A DNA stretch of 20,000 nucleotides from Chiloscyllium plagiosum (GCF_004010195.1 NC_057749.1:13185018-13205017); one strand, 5' to 3'. Numbered from the stretch's first letter, positions 10,366 to 19,630 are shown. Numbers and translations: made by a program. Notes: generated by a model from the letters alone, not told the origin.

Positions 10366-10819
10366 GTGAGTCCGCGATGTCGGCTGGCACTTCCTGGGGA
10401 AGGGGGAATTCTGGTGAGGTCCCTTCACCCCAGAGGGTCCTCCGTTTAAAAATATCCGAGTACAACAGGAATAGAGATTCCTGGCTTCAGCTTTACACAG
10501 AGACTCATTACAGAAAAGGTGTGATTGAACGAAAGAGGGAACTGGGGAGCACCACAGCTATTGAAGGGAAGATTTTCAGACGGGGGGCACTGAGGGGAGA
10601 TTCGATTGAGATGTACAAACTTGAGAGGAGTCTGGGATAAAAGTTGCCATAGTTCTGACCAGATCATCCATCTTCTTTCTCTCTCATTACCGACAACTGT
10701 TGGTGATTTAAGCTGAGGGTCATCATGCCTCGGGTGAGGGGAGAGGTTGAGAAGGAGAGTCGTTCGAGGTAACCTCAGCTGATCTGGTATTATGAAGTGG
10801 ATGCCTATTTAACAGCAGT

Positions 10820-10916
10820 CAGTGAGTACTGCAGATGCTGGAGATTAGAGTCAAGATTAGAGTAGGTCAGCAGGTCAGGCAGCATCCGAGGAGCAGCAAA
10901 AGCCCATCATCAATGA
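10820..10916 (-). mobile_element. Penelope-like terminal repeat fragment with deleted hammerhead
   Basis: Minus strand reads TTGATGATGGGCTTTTGC-TGCTCCTCGGATGCTGCCTGACCTGCTG..CTCCAGCATCTGCAGTACTCAC. The GAAAC segment is missing. Confidence 0.6.
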
Positions 10917-10939
10917 CTGGGTTGCCTAGATTTAAAATA

Positions 10940-11170
10940 ATGGTGTGGAGGTGCTGGTGTTGGACTGAGGTGGAAAAGTTAAGCAGTCACCTGACACCAG
11001 GTTATAGTCCAAAAGGTTTATTTGAAATCACAAGCTTTTGAAGCATTGCCCCTTTGTCAGTTGAAGTCTGACCTTCTATCTTCACCTGACAAAGGAGCAG
11101 TGTTCTGAAAGCTTGTGATTTCAAATAAACCTGAAGGACTATAATCTGGTGTCGTGTGACTGCTGACATT
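10940..11170. mobile_element. Head-to-head inverted pair of Penelope-type terminal repeats, each with a hammerhead-like motif
   Basis: Arms 10982-11066 and 11080-11164 match at 72/85 positions by my count. 13-nt loop. Flanking AAATAATG repeats at 10935-10942 and 11172-11179. Confidence 0.8.
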
Positions 11171-11209
11171 CAAATAATGTGTGGAAGGGATAAAGGGAAG
11201 GTGTAGCGA

Positions 11210-11375
11210 AAGTGGTGGCGTAGTGTCAACGTCACTGAGCTAGTAATCCAGAGCACCAGGCTAATACTCTGGGTTTGAATTCCGTCACGGTGTGAAATTT
11301 GAAAATTCTGGAATAAAGAGCTGGTCTAATACAGACCATGAAACTGTCAATTGTTGTAAAAGCCATCTGGTTTGT
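11210..11375 (+). mobile_element. tRNA-derived SINE (third family), 5' half
   Basis: GGTGGCGTAGTG..CTAGTAATCCAGAG..GGGTTTGAATTCC..GACCATGAAAC..AAAAGCCATCTGGTT. Confidence 0.65.
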
Positions 11376-11384
11376 GCAGTTTTT

Positions 11385-11690
11385 TTTTATATTTCTGCAG
11401 GCGACGTGGGTGTCACCTGCAAGGCCCTTTTATACCTATCCCTCATTGGCCCTGGAGAGACTCCCTGGGCCATTCAAAAGTCACCCTCATTGCTGTTGGT
11501 CTGGAGTCACATGTAGGTCAGACAAGGTGACATTAGCGAGCCAAGGGTTATGGCAAACAATGAATTGATGAGACTATCTTTCAATTCCAGATTTCAGGTA
11601 TTGCATTTGAAGTCCATCAGTTGTCAGTGGTGCAATTTGAACTGGCTTGTCCAGAACCTTATCCTGGCTCTTTGTGTTGCTAGATTACCC
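11385..11690 (-). mobile_element. tRNA-derived SINE (third family), decayed antisense copy
   Basis: GGTCTGGAGTCACATGTAGGTCAGAC and TTCAATTCCAGATTT are shared with 15850-16137. Confidence 0.6.
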
Positions 11691-11936
11691 TCTTTTTTTT
11701 TTTTCTACTTTGAAGGCTCAATGGGGTTCTGTTCACATAGGCTTTGTAAGAGAAAAGGAAGGTAAAGGGATTGCACAGTTTTGGGGTCCTGGGGGAGATT
11801 GGGAGAGGAGAGGGGGAAGGAAGGAGTTAAGAGTATGGAACATGTCAATGGTTTCTGACTGGATGGGAAGACCCTTTTGTAAAAAGAAACAATATAACAA
11901 TTTCAGGAGTAAGTGTCAAAGGTTACACTGAGCAAT

Positions 11937-12282
11937 GGGGGTGGCACGATGGCTCAGTGGTTAGCATTGCTGAACCCACAGCGCCGGGTACCCAGGTTCG
12001 ATTCCAGCCTCTGGCGACTGTCTGTGTGGAGTTTGCACATTCTCCCCATGTCTGAGTGGGTTTCCTCCGGGTGCTCCGGTTTCCTCCCACAGTCCAAAGA
12101 TGTGCAGGTCAGGTGGAATAGCCATGCTGAATTACCTCGTAGTGTCCAGGGAGGTGCAGGATAGGTGGGTAAGCCATGGGAAATGCAGGGTTGCAGGGAT
12201 AGGGTTGGGGGTGGTGGGGAGATGGTCAGTGTGGACTCAATAGGCTGAATGGCCTGTTTCCATACAGTAAATATTCTGAGAT
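11937..12282 (+). mobile_element. HE1-like V-SINE, near full length
   Basis: GGCACGATGGCTCAGTGGTTAGC..CAGGTTCGATTCC..GGCGACTGTCTGTGTGGAGTTTGCACATTCTCCCC..GGCCTGTTTCCATAC. Confidence 0.92.
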
Positions 12283-12421
12283 CTGCTGCCTTTACATGGT
12301 CTGGCCTACTACCCAGGTCCCTATTGTAATAAGGACTTATGATGGTCCTTTATGGTGGCGGGGTGGGATGTAGTTAAAGGAGCCTCATTGACCCTGCTCT
12401 TCTCTGGCAACCCTTCTGCAG

Positions 12422-12504
12422 AGACTTTGTTCGGACGCCCGCCCTTCGCATCAAAATCGTTCACTGAGCTGGAGGAGAAATTCCGCAGCAACAAGGCCAT
12501 CGAG
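12422..12504 (+). CDS. ULK3: ULK3 coding exon 6 (83 nt, phase 1/0)
   Basis: ttctgcag|AG...GAG|gtgggt. Encodes (E)[27 protein letters not shown]. Confidence 0.96.
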
Positions 12505-12699
12505 GTGGGTGACCGTGGACGGCACCAGGGTAATGTGTATTTTCACAGGCTGGGGAAGTGGCAACAATAACTTGCTTTTACGTAGTACTATAAAACATCC
12601 CCTGGGGGTAATTCCCAGGAGAGTCATCAGTCAAAAGTTTGAGGGAGGTGGGGTGGGAAACATAAGGAGGTGAGTTCAAAGGAGTAAATGAAAAATGCT

Positions 12700-12796
12700 C
12701 CAGAAGTTGCTGGAGAAGCTCAGCAGGTCTGGCAGCATCTTTGGAGAGAGAGAAACTGTGTTCGTGTTTCAGGTCCAGTGTGACTTCATGTAGAAG
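12700..12796 (-). mobile_element. Penelope-like terminal repeat fragment with degenerate hammerhead
   Basis: Minus strand GTCACACTGGACCTGAAAC..CAGTTTCTCTCTCTCCAAAGATGCTGCCAGACCTGCTGAGCTTCTCCAGCAACTTCTG. Homologous to 1398-1515. Confidence 0.6.
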
Positions 12797-13389
12797 AATC
12801 TTCAGTTCAGCACAGTTGCTATCAGATCTGCCGGATTTGAAGAATGTGGGGGGTGTGATGTTGAGGGTGGGGGCGGGGGTCTTCCAGGCATCTGAAGGTA
12901 CAGCGAAGGGTGGGGGTGTCTTGCTGGGAATTGGGGCTGTCCGAGAGGGTGAGGTCATGACAGGAGGTCAGGAAAGTCTGTGGAGGAGGCTACAGAACGG
13001 GGATAAGGAGTGCACTGAACATGAAGGCGAGAATCCAAGTAGCAACTTCTTGGTGAGTTTGGGAGGAGTGAGTGGGTTGTAAGGAAAATAGGAACTGCAA
13101 TATCTAATTTGGATGATTAACAGGGTTTTCAGAATCCACTTTCCTGAGATGGGATATGGAGTTTCAAGTCGACTAGTTGAATCTGCTTTGTTTGTGTCTC
13201 CCAGCCATGTCGATGTGTCCTGGATTGTGGTCATCGCTGGCTGGGGCAGTTTTTATTACCCATCCCTAATCTCCCCAGAGATGGTGGTGATGAGCCACTG
13301 CCTTAAACTGCTGTAGTCCTTGGGCTGCAGGTGCACCCACACAGTGCTGTTAAGGGGCAAGAGCCAGGATTTTGACCCAGTGACATTGA

Positions 13390-13492
13390 TGGATAAGTAC
13401 ATGGATAAAAGATGTTTGGAGGGAAATGGGCCAAACGCAGGCAGTGGGGATGAGTTTAGTTTGTGATTATAGTCGGTATGGACTGAGTTGTG
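13390..13492 (+). mobile_element. CR1/HER1-type 3' tail fragment
   Basis: GGATAAGTACATG..ATGTTTGGAGGGAAATGGGCCAAACGCAGGCAG..GGACTG is the reverse complement of about 1945-2045. Confidence 0.65.
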
Positions 13493-14464
13493 GACCCCTA
13501 AAAACATTTCAAGAAAGTAACCCAGACTCTAATTTTGCCAGTTGTTTTAAGCAGGCATAAGCAGATAGTCCAGGAGTGATGCAGCTGGTCAAACCACTTA
13601 GTTTTAAACAAAACAGAAATTATTTTGAAGATTACCAAATGATAGAAGAGAACAGACTACAGAATAACTTAACCTATCCAAAACCCAACAGATTATCCCC
13701 AACTTAATGATGCTGTTCCAAATACTTACAACAATCCCCATAAACATCTCTTGGCACAAAAGGTAAAATCAAACACAAGCATGATTTATCTGTAACACAG
13801 GGTTGCATAAGAACTGTAGAAGAGCTACCTGTACTTTCAGCGTGTAATTCAGGTTACATGGTAGGATATGCTGTAGCCAACTTGTACACAGAAAGCTCCC
13901 ACCAACCGAACTAGGCCATTTCAGCTCCACTTTTACAGGCTATTTTTATTCTCCATGCAAGTCGCCTCCCACATTATCAGCAGAAGCATCCGTTCCTTTC
14001 TGCCTCATGTTTATTCAGCTTCCTCTCCAATTCTTGTCGTGTTTGTTTCGATATAATATATTGGGCAGGGACCTCAGGAAGCTCTGTGTGTTCTTGGAGG
14101 GGGTTTTGAGCTCACAACCTACTGCACCAGAGGCAAGTGTGCTAACTGCAGAGCCACAGCACATTGCGCAAACCATTGTCAACCAAGAAGTGTACATCGC
14201 ACCTTTCCTTGTGTTTATAGTGCCTCAGTTAATTCCTGCACAAGGTTACACTGCAAGGGTAACACTTGCCTTGCTCGCACCATTATGAGTGTGAATGTAT
14301 TGCTTAAGTCTTTTGAGTGTCTCTCACAGCCATGACTGCTTATCACAGCTCCTCAGTATGAGGCTGAAATTAGCACTAATAATTCCCCAGCCATCTCTGA
14401 CTTTGCTGTATTTAACAGGTGGTTCAGAACAAACAGTCAGAAGGGCTAAATGTAGGCCTGTTGA

Positions 14465-14789
14465 CTGAATTGAATTGAATTGATTAGATTCCCTACAGTG
14501 TGTAAGCAGGCCCTTCGGTCCAACATGTCCACACCGACCCTCTGAAGAGTAACCCGCCCAGACCCATTTCCCTCTGACTAATGCACCTAACACTGTGGGC
14601 AATTTAGCATGGCCAATTTACCTGACCTGCACATCTTTGGATTGTGGGAGGAAAGCAGAGCACCCAGGGGAAACCCACGCAGACATGGGGAGAATGTGCA
14701 AACTACACACACACACACAGCTGGAATTGAACCCGTGTCCCTGGCGCTGTGTGGCAGCAATGCTAACCACTGTGCCACCATTGCCGCCC
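14465..14789 (-). mobile_element. HE1-like V-SINE (young subfamily), antisense
   Basis: Near reverse complement of 16819-17139. (TGAAT)n tail at 14466-14483. Internal (CA)n expansion at about 14705-14719. Confidence 0.92.
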
Positions 14790-15012
14790 GTTGGATGGGC
14801 TATATTGTCACATACTCATGTGAGTACTGTCAAAAGTTTGCAACTTCTCCCGGCGCCAGCTTAGGTACAAAGCTACTGAGGTGTCCAAGCTTTTAGAAAG
14901 AAAACTAGAAAAATTAAGAAGTCCAGCATTACAGGCCATCAGAAGCGCAAAATCATACTAATAAATTAGAGAAATGACAAAGTAAAAAGTTCAGAAAGAT
15001 AGTTCTTCCACC

Positions 15013-15045
<33 letters not shown>

Positions 15046-15052
15046 GTAATAA
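15013..15052. repeat. (AAT)n microsatellite, about 11 perfect units
   Basis: Directly visible. Confidence 0.95.
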
Positions 15053-15849
15053 AAGAAATTTTAATGAAAGAGAATAGAAGACAAAGTTCACTTGGTCCAT
15101 TTCTAGACTCTGGGCTCAGGGACCCAATCCCAGTTGGAATCCCAAGCTGGACCCACCACGCTGCCGAAGAAAATGGCTGCATGGAGTCACAGACTGAAGC
15201 TGCCGTAAGGGAGACGCAGACCAACGCTGATGAAAACAGCCATCAGAGCCACTGAAAGTAATCCCAGGCCGGGCCAGATCAACCAAGCCGCCACGAAAAC
15301 GCAGCAGAAACCTCGAGGAAACCCGGGGACCTTGGGAATCCCAGGCTCAGACCTACCTCGTCTTCAAGGCAGGAACAGCCAGAACAACATTTGGAGACAT
15401 TGTCTCATGCCAGTCAGTGATACACGAGCAACTGGGTACAGAGTCTGGGTTATACAGAGAGAATTACAGCAACTTAGGAACATGAGGAGGCCATTCAGCC
15501 CATTCACTTTAATGTGAATCTGAGCTGAACTGAATGTCAACTGTACCCACCCACCTCGGTTCAGTCACCTTTAAAATCCCTAACCAACAAACAAAACTTG
15601 CTATTGAAACTTTTAATTGACCCTCCCTGCACATGCTACCTCAATGATATTTACTGGGGAGAGCAAGTTCCAGGAGAATGCCCCTGATCTCCCCTGAATG
15701 ACCCTGCTCACATTTTCAAGCTACGCCAACAAGAACAAACACTATGAAAGCAATAAGCCATTTGGCCCATCAAATCTCAACACTGTACGAACAAGGCTTG
15801 ATCTGTCCTATCCTTCAACAGTGGAGTATTCCCAACCCTCAGGAGTGGA

Positions 15850-16137
15850 GAATTTTTTATTCATTCATGGTAGGTGGGCACCACTGGGCAGTCAATCCCT
15901 AATTGCCCCCAGGGCTGTTAGGAGTCAACTACATTGCTGAGGGTCTGGAATCTTATGTAGGACAGACCATGTAAGGATGGCAGTTTCCTTCCCTGAAGGG
16001 CATTAGTGAACCAGATGGTCATCATTAGACTCTTAATTCTAGATATTTATTGAACTCAATTTCTATCCTCTACCATTTGAACCCAGGATCCCTGGATTAA
16101 CAGTCCAGCAATAATATCACTGAGCCATTGCCTCCCC
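15850..16137 (-). mobile_element. tRNA-derived SINE (third family), near full length
   Basis: TTTTTTATTCATTCATGG tail, GTAAGGATGGCAGTTTCCTTCCCTGAAGGGCATTAGTGAACCAGATGG, TTTGAACCCAGG, and head CCATTGCCTCCC. Confidence 0.7.
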
Positions 16138-16334
16138 TGTAAGTTCACGACCTTTCTGAGTTCTACTCACCTCTGATTTGAATGATTGGCTCCTTATTGT
16201 GAGACCGTCCCCTGTGTTGTAAATTCCCTGATCAGCAGCAACAATCTCTCTCAACACTTGCCCCATCGAATCTGTTCTGAATCTTCCTTTCCATCCACTC
16301 TCCAGAGTCTTCTCCCTGAGAAGCCTTCTCCTCA

Positions 16335-16605
16335 GAAATTGCCTCTTCGTTCCTCCTCCTCCTCGCTTCCCCCCCCTTCAGCGTGTCACATTCCCATGTG
16401 AGGACAGAGCTGCTCGTTCACCTTCGCCTACTCCACTCACTGTCAAGGCCCGAACCACACTCCGGGTGAAGCAATGGTTTGCTTCTAGGTTTTGTCGTTT
16501 TTCCAGCCCTCTTAATATCTGGAGCAGAATCGATAGCTCTGTTTCTCTCTCCGGCAACACTGCCAGACCTCCTGTGTTAGTCTTCTCCACTTATTTCAGA
16601 AACTT
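16335..16605 (+). mobile_element. Decayed Penelope-like fragment (RT/GIY-YIG linker remnant plus terminal repeat piece)
   Basis: Frameshifted remnants TFPC..QGPNHT..VKQWF, followed by CTCTGTTTCTCTCTCC..CTGCCAGACCT as in 1430-1470. Confidence 0.45.
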
Positions 16606-16818
16606 GTATGCTTCAATCAGACCAATTGTTTCCCACCATTTAAATCATTTTAAACACCTCTTATTTAAACACTAAGATGGCTGCTTTATCGGAAACAGGT
16701 TTCACCATCTCTTGAGCATTTGATGACGAAGGTGGCAGCAGAGTAGAATCCTCTAGCCAAAGCTCCTCTCTCTTTTCTCCTGGAGTATTTCTTTTCAAAC
16801 TTTGTTTTAACCTTTAAT

Positions 16819-17139
16819 GGGTGGCACAGTGGCTCAGTGGTTAGCACTGCTGCCTCACAGCTCCAGGGTCCCAGGTTCGATTCTAGCCTTGGGCGACTGT
16901 CTGTGTGGAGTTTGCACATTCTCCCCGTGTCTGCATGGGTTTCCTCCAGGTGCTCCGGTTTCCTCCCACAGTCCAAAGATGTGCAGGTCAGGTGAATTGG
17001 CCATGCTAAATTGCCCGTAGTGTTAGGTGCATTAGTCAGAGGGAAATGGGTCTGGGTTGGTTACTCTTCGGAGGGTCAGTGTGGACTGGTTGGGCCAAAG
17101 GGCCTGTTCCCACACTTTAGGGAATCTAATCTAATCTAA
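16819..17139 (+). mobile_element. HE1-like V-SINE, full length, young subfamily
   Basis: Intact A and B boxes, V-domain and (ATCTA)n tail. TAACCTT at 16808-16814 and 17137-17143 is a possible TSD. Confidence 0.95.
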
Positions 17140-17276
17140 CCTTACTCGGAGGGAATGGGGGAGGCGAGTCCCGGACCGGAGGTTTGAAACCCGGTGTGGT
17201 CTGGAGACATGACCCAGTGGAGGCTTGGTGCTGGCACGGACTGGGGTGAAAAGAGCTATAATACGAGTACCTTTGT

Positions 17277-17572
17277 CAACAGGTCCACACCAACCCTCCG
17301 AGGAACACCCCACTCAGGCCCGTCCCCCTACCCTACTCCTGTAACCCTGCACTTCCCACAGGCTAACGCACCTAACCGACACATCCCTGGCCACTATGGG
17401 GCAATTTAGCTTGGCCAATTCACTTTACCTGCACATCTTTGGACTGTGGAAGGAAACCACAGCACCCAGCAGAAACCCTTGCAGACCCAGGGAGAAAGTG
17501 CAAACTCCGCACAGACAGTTAGTTATCCAAGAATGGAATTGAACCTGGGTCCCTGGTGCTGTGAGCCACTGC
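17277..17572 (-). mobile_element. HE1-like V-SINE, antisense, diverged
   Basis: GGCAATTTAGCTTGGCCAATTCAC..ACCTGCACATCTTTGGACTGTGG..GTGCAAACTCCGCACAGACAGT..GGAATTGAACCTGGGTCCCTGG. Confidence 0.88.
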
Positions 17573-18272
17573 TGGACTTTAGTATTCTTTCAATTTTGTA
17601 TCAAGTACTTGAGTATCTGTACCTAGGTATCTTGTACCTAAGATGGCGCCATTAGTGACTACATTGTAAACTTTTCGCTGCAGTCATTTGAGTGCACATG
17701 ACAATAAAGCTAAGTGGGAAACTAGCTTCTCAACCTATTTCACACCCTGACACAAGGTGGCAATCTCATACATGGATAGTCAAAGATGTAGTTTAAATTG
17801 TGGACGGTCTGGATACTTTTAGTCAATCTCTTAAGACTTATTATGGCATATGCCTAGTAGGACTTAAACCGTGATCTTCCAACTCAGAGGCAGGGACATT
17901 ACCGCTGGGCCAATGGAGCCCAAGTATGAATGGTCTCATCTGCAGCTGAATTCAGGGTTTCTGCAGTATCAGCCCGAGGAATCTGCCCCGTGGTTACAAT
18001 CTGACTGACCGTGGGTAACACCCAACCCTGCGGGTCCCCTTACCCACAACCCCACCTCCCCAGTTCACCAGACATCACCGATTGGTGACAGCAGGCGCAT
18101 TCCCTTCAGCTGCAGCTGGGACCAGACTTGGTCCGAGTGGCACATTCCAACACTGAAGACGGGTCCCTAACGGGTCCCTGAGCCAGCATCCTTCACCCTC
18201 CAGCAACTGCCAGCTACTCAGCCGTGGCTTGCGTTGCATCACCAACACGTCAAGAGAAAATTATTTGAGTTT

Positions 18273-18560
18273 TACAGTATGGAAAGAGGCCTTTCGGCCC
18301 ATGTCCACACCTATCTACCCCAATTCCATTTCCCAGCGTTTGGCCGCCATTTGTCTGCTATGATGTTTCAGGTGATTCTCTTAATCCTTTAATGTTGTGC
18401 TGGTTCCTGCCTCAACCACCTTTCCAGGCAGTGAGTTCCAGATTCCCAATTGGGTGTAAAACCTCCTGCCCTTTAAATTGGTGACCACCCGCCACCCCGT
18501 CCCTCGGTAATTGACTCTTCCGCTAAGGAAATGTTTATTCCTATCAACCCTCTCTGGATG
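18273..18560 (-). mobile_element. Decayed CR1-type 3' fragment
   Basis: TACAGTATGGAAAGAGGCCTTTCGGCCCA tail. Minus translation RFYTQLGIWNSLPGKVVEAGT. Confidence 0.7.
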
Positions 18561-18689
18561 TAGATATCTGGTCACATTTGTGGAACCTTGCTGTGCGCAT
18601 CATGTTTAGCAGTCCCTATGGAGTTTGCTGTGATGTAAACCACATTCGTAAGGGTCTGTACCGACACAATCAAAATGTTTGTAGGAGTT

Positions 18690-18975
18690 CGGTGGCTCAG
18701 TTTGAGTCAAGTAGCGCTGGGTTCAAATCTCACTCCAGGGAGCTGAGCACATTAAAAACCAGAGTCTACACTCACTCCAGTGCAGTGCTGGGGAAGTGCT
18801 GCACTGTCAGGGGTGAGACTTTAGATCAGGTTCGGGTGTTTGTGAAAGATCCCAGGGCTCTATTTGGAAGAGGAGCAGGGTAATTATCCTTGGAGCTCTG
18901 ACAAATATCAAATTCCACCCCCACCCCCACCCCCAATCAGAATGAATAGAGTTATTCTTGCCATTTATACATTGT
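18690..18975 (+). mobile_element. Deu-type (SacSINE1-like) SINE, 3' truncated
   Basis: GGGTTCAAATCTCACTCCAG..CTCCAGTGCAGTGCTGGGGAAGTGCTGCACTGTCAG..GAAAGATCCCAGGGCTCTATTTGGAAGAGGAGCAGGG. Homologous to 7840-8000. Confidence 0.75.
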
Positions 18976-19001
18976 TAATCATTTCATAACCGGGAACAAA
19001 A

Positions 19002-19295
19002 GGCAGCACGGTGGCACAGCGGTTAGCACTGCTGCCTCACAGCGCCAGAGACCTGGGTGCAAATGTGGAGTTTGCACATTCTCCCTGTGTCTGTGTGGGT
19101 TTCCTCTGGGTGCTCCGGTTTCCTCCCACGGTCTAAAGATGTGCAGGTTATGTGAATTGGCCATGCTAAATTGCCCCTAATGCTAGGTGAAGGGGCAAAT
19201 GTAGGGGAATGGGTCTGGGTGAGTTGCTCTTCGGCGGGTCGGTGTGGACTTGTTGGGCCGAAGGGCCTGTTTCCACACTAAGTAATCTAATCTGA
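19002..19295 (+). mobile_element. HE1-like V-SINE, young subfamily
   Basis: GGCAGCACGGTGGCACAGCGGTTAGCACTGCTGCCTCACAGCGCCAG..GGGCCGAAGGGCCTGTTTCCACACT..AATCTAATCT. Confidence 0.92.
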
Positions 19296-19474
19296 TTTGA
19301 ACTGTTTTAAAACTTACCGTTTTGTCCTGAATTGATACAACTTTGAAACTGCAAACACAATATTTAGTGACAATGCGCAATACGTTGTTGCACATCTCCT
19401 CCCGCAGTCTCTCTGCTCCAGGCTAATTCCTTGACGTTTTTCTGAATGTTTACTGTTTCCTGGTTTGGTTTCAG

Positions 19475-19630
19475 CTTCCTCCAGGCACCCGGGTCTCAAG
19501 AGAATGCAGGGATTTACTGCTCCGGCTGCTAGAGAGGGATCCGGAACGGAGAATAACCTTTGAGGAATTCTTTACGCACCCGTTTGTGGACCTGGATCAC
19601 ATGCCGAGTGCGGAGAGCCTGGAGAAGGCG
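19475..19630 (+). CDS. ULK3: ULK3 coding exon 7 (156 nt, phase 0/0), end of kinase domain
   Basis: tttcag|CTT...GCG|gtatgt. Encodes [52 protein letters not shown]. Confidence 0.96.

Noticed and set aside
10107..10640. 177-aa ORF containing DFG and APE as a stand-alone kinase gene
   Set aside because: Only 10222-10365 matches ULK3 and it is bounded by splice sites. The flanks are intron and a CR1 remnant.
15227..15262. CTGATGA...GAAA resembling a hammerhead core
   Set aside because: No helix II or helix I pairing can be formed between or around the motifs.
16819..16890. tRNA-like sequences with A and B boxes
   Set aside because: They are SINE heads that continue into the V-domain, not tRNA genes.
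5870..19164. Recurrent short ORFs (MAQWLALL..., MDCGRK...HADTGRMCKLH) suggesting a small-protein family
   Set aside because: These are translations of HE1 SINE copies on either strand, with inconsistent frames.
19475..19484. Alternative acceptor CTTCCTCCAG 10 nt into exon 7 (similarly GAACAG 8 nt into exon 2)
   Set aside because: Both shift the frame. The upstream AGs give the conserved protein, and there is no evidence the downstream ones are used.
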